In this document: positions 11,051 through 22,400 of the stretch, piece after piece | How positions within the stretch are numbered: the first letter of the stretch is position 1 | How the letters are laid out: each line of letters begins with the position of its first letter | Origin: Macrostomum lignano | Taxonomy: Eukaryota | NCBI GenBank assembly: GCA_002269645.1 | Contig: NIVC01001774.1 | Span: 62,001 to 126,000, forward strand | Direction: 5' to 3' | Length of the DNA: 64,000 bases | Program-made: the position numbers and the translations under genes | The notes under the pieces: model-generated | Told to the model about the DNA's origin: nothing | Seen by the model: the letters and a program-made list of their open reading frames with translations, nothing else | Databases searched by the model: none

Positions 11051-13050
11051 TAGTGACAGATGCTGCTAATTAATAGTTCTTAATGTTCAAGCATCTGAAA
11101 AAATCATTTGACCATTGTAAATAGTGCCTTTCAGCATAAGTACATAATTAATAATAACTTATGTGTGTATTTTATTTGAATTACATATTATTCTATTTTG
11201 CTAGGACCCATTGTTATTGTTATGCAGTAAAATAGTCAAATAATCAATACTTTTTATTGATTATACATGCACATCCTCCTGATTTACACTAGCCATATGA
11301 CTTACTTTTTGACAAAAAAATGCAACTTACCTTTAAAAGAAACCTAAGCAAAAATTAAAATAATTTTGGGTAAACATTAAGAGTAACATTCACTCTATTA
11401 CACTAGGTAAATGCCTTGTCCTATAATTAGTACTGTCTGTATTTTTTCAGGTAGGTATTTTTGTGATTTAGTTTGGTTAGGCCCTTTGCCAGCTAGCAAG
11501 ATTGGCCAGCTTGGCTGGGTATTGCACATGAATGTTAACTGATCTAGTGATCCTCTTATGAAAGTATAAAATATAGTTTTTGGTACTCTTGATTGGTTTT
11601 TACAAGTACCTAGCTATTTTGTTTACTAATCAATAATTAAAAAGTTTATAAATGCAAAAAGCTCATAATAGCAAATAGATCAAATCTATAGAAGGCATTA
11701 AATATATAAAGGGACTCCAAGAGAATTAATTTTATAGTGTACTACTTTTGCTAATGTCTCCAATTTCTTTTTCCTCTTGTAGTTTGCATTATTCTAAATA
11801 TTAAAAGCTGTTTCCTGTCTAGACTAGGTTTAAAAAGACTTAAGTAAGAGTTCCATAACTTGCCAATATATATTCAGAACAGAAAGCAAATTTCAATAAA
11901 AGTAAGTTTTTTGCAAATAAATGACTTTTCAATGAAATTATATAAAATAAAAATGAAATATAAACTAGAAAAAAAAGAGAAAAATAATTTGTCCAAATAA
12001 CTTTAAAAAATATTTATTTGGCTTTTATTAAGAATAATAACAGACTAGCTTTTTAAATTTAATTTTGACACTTATAAAAAACTAGGTGCAAAACACGGGT
12101 TTTGTACTAGCACTTTTTAAAAACAAAACACAAACATAAAAATCAATATTTTCCATTTGAAAAACACTGGTAAAACTTGTATTTGATCTGTTTCATAGAA
12201 AATGCAATATTAACATATTTTAATTTAAAAAGCCAACAATACACCAACAAACAAGTGTTAAAAAAGAAACTATATGTTCATTTTCTGTGTATGAAAATAT
12301 TTTCTTATCAAAAATTGTTGTCTTACAACAAATTGTGCTAATTTTTTGTCTTCTGCACTACACTGGATCTGCACTATTATTGCACTGGAATGCACTAGCA
12401 TGGTGCATGCCTAACCCTCTTTTGCACTAGAATTTTCTATGAAAAAGGCCATCTTCCTGACTATAGAGCAAAAATTATAAATTTTTATAAAAAATAAAAA
12501 AAATTAAATGAAAATGAGTAAAAATAACTTTTCTTTACAAAAAAGAAAATTTTCTATTTAATTTTATTTTGTTATAGGAAATTACATATAATGCTTCAAA
12601 TCTCCATAATACATAACTATAGCTGCCAATTGGCAAGATCTTTGTAGCCACAATCCATAACCAAATTTTGCTAAAAAATATACCACCCCAAAATTTTCTA
12701 TAACCATAGCCATAATTATGGTAGAACACCTAGGCTCTATTGACAAATTTCTTACAAACTTTTTCAATTATCAATTTGCCTAACCAATAGGTTAGGCATA
12801 GCTTTATTATCCCTATGATCCTAGTCCATAGGCCTAGTCCGGATCATGCTGGGTGCATACCTAAACAAAAATTGATAGTTACAAATGCATGCCGAAAAAA
12901 AATTGAGTGCATGCCTATTCTTAAAACTCCGCTAGAATAAATGACTTTTTTTAATGTTGTGACAATAAATGATATTTTTTCATTGCATAATAAACCATTT
13001 TTGATAGATAATTTGGTTAATTTTTTTGCTTTTTGGTGATACTATTTATA

Positions 13051-13619
13051 CCATAGTCAGGAAGGTGTCCCATACACCCTGGAATGTATGCCGAGGAAAG
13101 GCTTCATGTGCAGGCTGATGTACGCCGATCTTTCGGAACTTGATTTTCCAAACTCTACAGGTACGCCAAATTGTTTTTGTATATTTTCTATCAACTATCT
13201 CAAAATGTATTAAGCAGCTTAAACATAACCGTAAATTTTTTAAACTGTAGTGGAAAATGAGTGTTAATAAACAAAGTAAAAATTGTACTAATTAAAAGCG
13301 AGGGGATTTTAGATTATATTTGGAAATTTACTTTATAAATAAATTTCCCCTTGAGCATAAAATTCTAAAAAAGTAAGATAACTAAAAAAGATTTTTAATA
13401 TCAATTTCTTTATTTCACGTATTTCAGTATTGTATTATCACGACACAACAAAGCAATTTGAACAATAACACTTTGTACGGTATACAAGGATGCTATCCAA
13501 TAGGTACGCCAATCATTTTGGCATACCAAAATTTGCACGCCAATAATGTACACCAAAATTTATCTAATGTAAATGCACGCTGGAATTTTCCAGCGTATAG
13601 GACACCTTCCTGACTATGA
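13051..13619. mobile_element. Non-autonomous DNA transposon (MITE) with ~30-bp TIRs
   Basis: Left CATAGTCAGGAAGGTGTCCCATACACCCTGGAA matches the reverse complement of right TTCCAGCGTATAGGACACCTTCCTGACTATG. Flanked by 8-bp direct repeat TATTTATA (13043-13050, 13620-13627). No ORF. Confidence 0.85.
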
Positions 13620-14895
13620 TATTTATAGTAGAAAATTGATACACAAAAAATTGTTTAAACATCTTATTACAAGTTTAAAAACCTAGAAAGTGAAAAATTT
13701 ACACTTGAAAATGAACTTTTTTTACCTTTTTTCTACTTCACAATAACTCTTTTACATGATTCTATAAAGTATACGCTAGGCCCTAGGTATATTTTCTTAA
13801 AAGTGATGCACACCAACTATGCATGCCTATTTTTGGTGTGCAATGCCAATGCATGCCCAAATTTTTGGGCATATACTACATGATCTGGAGATGGAGTGTG
13901 GGTCCTAATTAGAAAACTTTTATTAGTTTTAAAAATATTATTATTATTATATTGTAATTATATTAATATTATAATAAAATATAACTTATTTGGACAATGA
14001 TCATTTTATAGATAATTATTTACAAGCATTGATAAAAGCAAAAGATAACTGACACACTGCCACTGGGTATAGAAATAGATAAATAAAAAAAGCTATATAA
14101 AATATTAGTTAAAAACTTTCTGGTAAAAATTATCAGTTTGCCTAATAGGCAAAATGCATTAGGCCCTAGTAGGCCTATGTCTTTTTATTTACTCAGGCTG
14201 TGGGCAAATGAGATTTATCAAATGATATAGAAAAAATGCTAAAAATAAACTTTAAGATCTCACTGGAGTCCATATCTAGAGGCAACAAGGCAAACCTGCT
14301 GGAAAAGTAAGAAAGTTAGAAATTGCCAACCCAAGGGCCAAGGGGCAATGACAGACTGGACAGTGACAAAAATCGTAGCGCCATATTGTCAGTATCATTT
14401 GAATTTAGGAACAACAACAACAATAATAGAAATTTACCAATAATTTCATCTGAAACAAAATTTACTGCGGCACAGAAACGAGCCAGTCAGCCAGAACAAA
14501 TGCCAAAACTGATCTGTGCGACAGCGACTGCGACTGCGTACGCTTCACAACTTAGGTTCTAGGAAAACGTGTGTTGAAAATTTGTCAAAAATCGTAAACA
14601 ACGATGAGGTCACCAACCGCATTATTAAACTGTCTAGTCATCTTAGGGCCTTTTCATATTGCTTGCTCTGGTTCCAGAACCAGAACCAATTTGTGAAGTA
14701 TAACTTTTTGTCTCTATAACTAGAGGGAGATACGTGCTATAAAGTTTTTATTATTGAATGACAATCGCCACGAAAAAAGTGAAAAATGGTGCTAAGTTAG
14801 GCTGTCAAGGCAGTCAAATATTAACAGAGTTTAATAGTTATACTGCTGTTTTTCTTGGAATTCCGAACCGATTCTGGTTCTGGAATTGGTAATAT

Positions 14896-15538
14896 TGTGA
14901 CGAATAAGGCGAATAAGACGGATTTGTGTAGCGGTTAATTTAGATAATTCTCGATTAGTTAGCAGATCGGCAAGCCGCTTTAACCCTTAGACTTTTGCTA
15001 GTGCTACTTAAAATTGCTGGATCAGTTAAATAACTAATTGGTGTGCCAAGGTAGACGGCGGAAGAGTTGGTGTAAGGAGGCCAGACAGCGTCACAGCTAA
15101 GGGTTAGCGAGCCTAGGTCGAGAAGCGAAGCAAGGGGAAGGGCGAGAGCGGCTGCTGAATGTAGTGTAAGCATATATTTAAAGGTAAACAGATAACAACA
15201 ACACCCTTAATCCAAAACCCAGACAAACAACCCCCACGCGGCGCGCAATGTACATGTACAAATTAATCGATAAATATTTCATGCAAGAATAACATACGTA
15301 CGTCAGTACAAGTACATAGGTAGAACCACTTTACGAGAAATAATAACGATATGAATGAAATACAAATAATAGAATAAATACATACGAGGCTACAAAAACA
15401 AAGCAATTAACAGTAAAAATAGCGCGATAATAATACGTACGAATATTGTTAAAATAAATTAAAGAATACAGTAGTAGTACGGTATGCATATGAAAATAAA
15501 GAAATACGATACACGCTTCTACGAATCACACTGTCACA
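14896..15538. mobile_element. Candidate solo LTR
   Basis: 643 bp bounded by TGTGAC...GTCACA (TG..CA, 6-bp inverted ends) with a 4-bp direct repeat ATAT on both sides; internal TATA-like tract at ~15174-15183. Confidence 0.6.
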
Positions 15539-15899
15539 ATATGAAAAGGCCCTTAATCTCCGGAATGGAACCCTAAGTTCCGGTTTCTTTTCTCTACATT
15601 CCCATTTAAACAGTCTCTATAAATAGTAAGTGTCGTAAAAATAACATTCTGTTCATGTGATGCACCGCAGCTTTGCGTGCAAAGCAACTCTTTTTTATGC
15701 TTACTCGACTAGTACTGTACCATCGTATGAAATCTATTAAACCGAGACTGTGTATAGCAGAATCTCGAGCCCTTGACAAAAAATAACTAAAGGTTTAAAG
15801 CTATGGATTCATAAAAAGGTAATCTCCTATTGATGAGTAGTTAAAAATATACAATCATATATATATATGCATATATGATTGCATATGCAATCATACAAT

Positions 15900-16765
15900 C
15901 ATTCGTCAACCGTCATTTCGTCAATTCCGTCATTTCGTGATGGGAATTTCGTCAACCAGCATTTCGTCAACCGGCATTTCGTCAACCGTCATTTCGTCAA
16001 CCGGCATTTCGTCAACCGGCATTTCGTCAACCCCGTACAACAATCCGACGTCGCACCGACCTCTGAACCGACGTCGTACGACGTCTATGCAACATTACGT
16101 GTTTCCTACCGGTCGGACGTCGGGCCGACGTCGAAGTCGTAGTCCAAAAATTTATTTCGCGCTGCTTTAACATTTATTTTCGCGGGATGAACTGGCAAGC
16201 AATACTGTTATGCTTAATTTAATTATTTAAGGCGAATAACGTGAATTAAGGCGAATTTAATTTTCCGACTACGACTTCGACGTCAGCCCGAGGTCCGACC
16301 AATAGGAAACACGTAATGTTACATAGACGTCGTACGACGTCGGTCAGATACGTCGGATTGTTGTACGGGAACATGGTATTTTGTTAATGTACAATTGTAA
16401 TTATATAGTTAGCAGGCATGGCAAAACCATTTCCTGCAGCTGTCGCAGTCCAGTCCGTCGTCATCACCATCATTGAACGCCCTTTCGGCAAAGAGGGAAT
16501 TTTGGAGCTCGCTGACGCCCGCGAGGTATTGTTCAGCTGCACGGATGCAACCCCAAAGGCGACCATTGAGGACCGAACGTTTCTACGAAAATTTACTTCC
16601 AAAAGTGTATGCGTTTTAAACAAATTTGACATCGCATTAACCACTTCTCCACACTGCATTCTCTGGCTGGTGCAGCTATAATAATCAGCTACAATTTGCT
16701 GAGTTGTCGTAATGTCTGGTTGACAAAATACCAGTTGACGAAATGTCCTGGAACCGGTGGCTGTG
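15900..16765. mobile_element. Degenerate DNA element with (CATTTCGTCAACCGG)n subterminal array
   Basis: 15-bp tandem array at 15900-16031; inverted copy of the unit (GTTGACGAAATG) at ~16732-16743. Confidence 0.5.
16032..16369. mobile_element. Foldback MITE with ~125-bp TIRs nested in the 15-bp array
   Basis: CCCGTACAACAATCCGACG...CGTCGGATTGTTGTACGGG; arms align over ~125 bp; 3-bp direct repeat AAC at 16029-16031 and 16370-16372. Confidence 0.9.
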
Positions 16766-18284
16766 CATGGCTTGTAATTTATTGTCTGGCAGAACTCAGA
16801 TTTCCTGTTCATTGAGTGCGCGTGGGGATGTGCTCGAGCAGGTGGAAGTGGATATAGGCTGCTGGGTGGGGTCATGGAGTGCAAACTGGGTGCCTCGAAC
16901 TGCCTGTGCATGCTACAATACTATAGGATTATATCATCGGACTTCCCGAATCTTTCAAGGCGGGATTCCGCAATTAACAGTAACCTCCTGACAGATGCAT
17001 GGTTACAAGCCCAAATAGGCTCTTCGAAAGCAAACACTTTCTTTCCAGTCACTCAAGTGCGGCAAGGTAAGTCTGCTGGGATTCTTACCGTCGCTTTTCC
17101 CGCTTTTTCCCGAGGAGGATCGATACTCTGACGGTCAACGGATGTTGGAATCAATAACTTTCTTAAGTTTTTAAAGTGCAAAGCTCTTGGCTTCAAAGCC
17201 CCTTAAAGCAATATTTTGAAGGTTACATTGAAATTTTTTACAACTCACATGCTCGTCCTTTCTAGTAGCAATATGGTAATTTCGTTCTACATGTATATGT
17301 AGGCTTAACTACCGGACTATATTCTGAAGCGAAATCATGCACCTCCCCTGATTTTAGCGCCACGAGTCTCCCATCATATAGAGCTTCTGCTTTCTCTGGT
17401 ATTTTTTGTATTCAAGAATGCTACAGACTAGCTACCTGGATTTCTTATACTGTATAGTCTATAAGGACGGGAATTTTTAACCGCGCAAAGTGAGCAACTC
17501 TCCCTCGTCCATTCTAATTCCCTGTTATTGGATGAAATTTGAACGGCTTCTCGTCCCCAGAATAAGCAGAACTTTGTCTTGGCACCGCGTTCGCTTACTT
17601 TTCATGGTTAATTTTTTTCGTCCCGAGACTAGCAATCCAGTTAATATATATATTATCCTTGGTCGTGTCGCTAGTACATATCTAGTATTCTTTTGAGATA
17701 TTGAATCATCCTCGACCGAATTAATTGTCTATGGCGAAAACCCCATTCAGTGCTATACGTTCTCTTGTGAGCATACTAAATGCAATGGCGATGCGAAAAA
17801 TATAGGCTCCTATCCGGCCTTCCAGTGCATTTCTTAGAAAATCGAGTGTACGCTACATATGTAGTAAACATCACATGAAATGCGCGCAATAGCAAATGTT
17901 GATACAACTCACGGCAAAGTTGATATGATAAGCTATATTCGACACCATAGCATCACGCCTCCTAATCGTGCCAAAACCAAATTTCTCTAGCAATCTTTCG
18001 CTGATCGGCACGCACGTTCGCGACGCTTAACTGGCTGGCTGCTACTCGCAGATACATACATAACTATGCATGGATCCCGGTTCCTAGGCAAATTAGCACA
18101 GCTGTTTATATTGTATGATGGTGCGCACTATAGTTTTAGTCAAACTGAATGAACACTTAAATTCATGCTGTTTCCACAATTCCAATTGTATTTAGTTACA
18201 TACGATTTACGGTCCGGCACATAGGACTGTTCCATTGTCTAGAATCGCACTGTATGCTGTGGGAATATGGAGTCTGTGAGGATG

Positions 18285-18445
18285 AGGATGATGTACACTG
18301 TAGAAGCGGTAAAGATGAGGATGATGTACTGTAGAAGATGTAATGATGAGGATGATGTACTGTAGAAGCTGCAATGATGAGGATGATGTACTGTAGAGGC
18401 TGTAATGATGAGGATGACGTACTGTAGAAGCTGTGAGGATGCTAT
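18285..18445. repeat. ~31-bp tandem repeat (GATGAGGATGATGTACTGTAGAAGCTGTAAT)
   Basis: About 5 units, intergenic. Confidence 0.85.
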
Positions 18446-19489
18446 AGGTTACGAGAATGTGAAAGCCGAGAAGATGTGGAGCCTGTAAATCTACATGTTA
18501 TGTTCAGCTCCATGCAGTGTAATGACGTTAGCAGAGATGTGAGAAAGAGCAGTTTGATTGGCTATATATATCTGAGCGTCATATAACAAAAATCAATTTC
18601 AAACACCGTAAAAGAACATCCTTTAACCCTGTATCAAGTCGGCATTTAATGGACGGAGATGAAGCTCGCTGATATATTAAAGGCATAGTAAGACTGCACG
18701 TCAACAACTAACTGCGATACTGTATGGGAACGCATCATGGGAAAACGGTCAGCATCAGTCGCCCCATCCCCTCGCCCCCTCCCCCCGGGGGAGAAGTATT
18801 GAAAGGCAGCAGGACGCGGGCGGGTAATAATAATAAGGCCATCGCTATAGTTGCGCGTCGAGCTGCTTTGCTTCGAGCTGTCGCTAAAGAGAGATCGTGT
18901 CCCGTGTCGACTTTGCTCTCTACTCCCCCTCTCTGTCTCAGTTTTCAGCCCCAGGACTCCGTAAGGCTCGCACGTATCCCTATCCCTCTGAAATCCCCTC
19001 CCACGCCTTTACAAGTGAGCTGCTGCTTTCATCATGTCTGCTTTGCAGCTCATGCTGCATTACGCAATGCGTCTCAATTACTGTATAGGCTCCGTGCGGA
19101 GAATGGAAATGAGAAAAGCAAAGCTGGACTATGCGGCTATGATAACTCAATCCTGCGGACCGGCTCTAATGCCGGCAGCTTTGCAGTGCAGCTTGGGGGG
19201 GGGGGGCTGGTCACCTCCCTTCCCGTTTAGTGCTGGGCTGCTGCAGCCAATCACCTCACTGTTCACGCAGGACCGCAACCACCTCATCAGCTTTGCCTGT
19301 TCCTTCGCTTGCCTTTTTGCATGTAAAACCTTTTGAGGAATCCTATTTTTCATGCAGAGACAGTTTCGGAGAGACAATCTTATTGAGCAAATCTTTAACT
19401 GATCCTGCTCAAGCATGCGACCGTAAGCATAGTAAATAAGTAATTAATAGTTTCTTCCTATTAGAGAGTTGATTGCAGCAAAGCTTTGC

Positions 19490-22400
19490 ATGGGCTGCGT
19501 GTCGTGCAAGACCAAACGGACAGCCAGGTCCAACAGCAACGGTGGCGTGGCGCGGAGCGAAGATGCTCAGGTGAGACACTTTGAGATGCACCGTTATTTG
19601 GGTTCGTTGGGGAGTTGCACTATGCTATGTATTATACTATGTATGGGGAGACACCATGAGAACGGGGAAGTACCGTGAAAATGGGGAGGTACCTTGAGGA
19701 TGGGGAGACACTGTGAGGATGGGGAGACACTGTGAGGATGGGGAGGTACCGTGAGGATGGGGAGACACTGTGAGGATGGGGAGGTACCGTGAGGATGGGG
19801 AGACACCGTGAGGATGGGGAGACACTGTGAGGATTTGGAGGCACTGTGAGGATGGGGAGACACTGTGAGGATGGGGAGGTACCGTGAGGATGGGGAGACA
19901 CTGTGAGGATGGGGAGGTACCGTGAGGATGGGGAGACACTGTGAGGATGGGGAGACACTGTGAGGATGGGGAGGTACCGTGAGGATGGGGAGACACTGTG
20001 AGGATGGGGAGGTACCGTGAGGATGGGGAGACACTGTGAGGATGGGGAGGTACCGTGAGGATGGGGAGGTACCTTGAGGGTGGGGAGACACTGTGAGGAT
20101 GGGGAGACACTGTGAGGATGGGGAGACACTGTGAGGATGGGGAGGTACCGTGAGGATGGGGAGACACTGTGAGGATGGGGAGGTACCGTGAGGATGGGGA
20201 GGTACCTTGAGGATGGGGAGACACTGTGAGGATGGGGAGGTATCGTGACTGAAATCCGTATTGTATTGTTAACATCATTGGACTTCTTTTTTCGATGAAT
20301 TTTTCAAGCTACACCCGCATGCCCCTTTAAATCCATAGTGCAGGCGCAGTCCTTTTTCCCTCACAATCGTTAATCGATTTGACTTTTTTCGATTCATTCT
20401 AAGAAAGGATTTGAGACTGCATGGCTAAGTGCGTGAATTAGGCTGAAGAGTTCCAAGAGCTCCCGGTTATTGCCTCCCTTCCTGACCGAATTACTTCATC
20501 CTTATGAATTTCTGGCCACACTGAAGTAGCAGGCAGGTTGGCGGGCAACCCAGCCTAATAACATTGGTGGCCATTTTATTCTAGTGTGCATTCGCGTGAA
20601 AAGTGAGTTAGCACTACTCAATGAATAGCTTTAAGCGTAGAAAGACAAAGAATTAATTCACTAAGCCCAAAGGAGGCTATAAGTACACTAAAAAGATTAG
20701 AAATTTTCCCGATGAATACCCAACTTAAACCTAAACAATCTCAGAGGTTGTTACATAATTTTTTGCTGTAAGCCTACAAAAATATTCGTGCTGCGCGTGT
20801 ATACTACTGGTGTGCGAAACATGCCACACGTTGAAAATCGCTACTGTAGGAAGACACAGCAGTGAGAATGTTATGAAAATTTATTTTTGAGAGCCGATTT
20901 TTGAGACCCAATATGAGTAATACAACTGAGATATTAATATATTCAATAAATTCACAAATTTCTCAGCTGAACTTCTGGTAGGATGGTTGAATCTAATGTA
21001 TGCTTGGTCTGAGGTGCTTTCAAGAGTTCATCTACTGGTAACCTAACCTATTCTAATCTAATCTAATCTAATCTAATCTAATCCAATCTAACCTTTCTAA
21101 TCTAATCTAACCTAACCTATTCTAATCTAATCTAACCTATTCTAATCTAATCCAACCTAACCTATTCTAATCTAATCTAATCTAATCTAATCTAATCCAA
21201 TCTAACCTATCCTAATCTAATCTAATCTAATCTAATCTAATCTAATCTAATCTAATCTAATCTAATCTAATCTAACCTATTCTAATCTAATCCAATCTAA
21301 CCTATCCTAATCTAATCTAATCTAATTCAATCTAACCTTCCTAATCTAATCTAACCTAACCTATTCTAATCTAATCCAACCTAACCTATCCTAATCTAAT
21401 CCAATCTAACCTATCCTAATCTAATCTAATCTAATCCAATCTAATCTAATCTAATCTAACCTATTCTAATCTAATCCAACCTAACCTATTCAAATCTAAT
21501 CCAATCTAACCTATTCTAATCTAATCCAATCTAACCTATCCTAATCCAATCTAATCTAACCCAATCTAACCTATTCAAATCTAATCTAATCCAATCAAAT
21601 TTAGTCTAATCTAATTTTGCCTTGTTTAATCTGTCTAATCTAACCTAATCTAGTCTCAGCTCATCTTATTTACCTTAACATATCTAATCTAAACTGAATC
21701 CAATCTAATCAAAACAGTTAGGTCTCAAAGGTGTCAAAATTCGCCAACTGTCATAGAATTTTGCGCCGGCAAGTATTTCTGCAGCCGAATAATTTTGTAG
21801 CGCCTATGCAATAAAAATCAGAGCTATAAAGTTACTGACGCACACACAGATAAACAGCATAGAGACGCCCCCCCCTTTCCAATGTGCAGGCTGCTGCAGA
21901 ACTGAATTGAATTGGCTCTCGAACCTTCTCATTTAAGCCAAGCAGAAACCTGCGGTGAGAGAGAAGCACAGAGAGGTAGAGAGAGAGAGAGAGAGAGAGA
22001 GGAGAGACAGAAGTGAGTCGCATAGAATAGATGAGCAGCTTAATTTTGATTTTATTCTCATGGCCCAACGAGTCCAGCTCAGAGACTCTAAACAGAACGC
22101 AGCCAATAATAGTGGGCCAAATAAAGTGCCATGCCGAAACAACAGGGGCAGATTCTGTAACAAGCTGAGTATAGAGCTGAGACCGACTCAAAGGCGGCTT
22201 GGCCTGGCTTCCATTAATTAAATTATTCTAATCTGAAGCGACACCTGCGCCAGGCGAAACTTGTAATGACCGAACAGGTAAAATCTGAGAGAACTGCTAA
22301 ACTTAGGCTGAAACTTATAGCGTTTTCTTAATTTCTACCTGATGAAGATTAAAATTTCAATTTTACTCCATTTGCAGCCGCAGTCTGACCTGTCCGACAT

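Noticed and set aside
14672-14885. 14-bp inverted repeat TTCCAGAACCAGAA
   Set aside because: Short, low-complexity, no TSD or element boundaries
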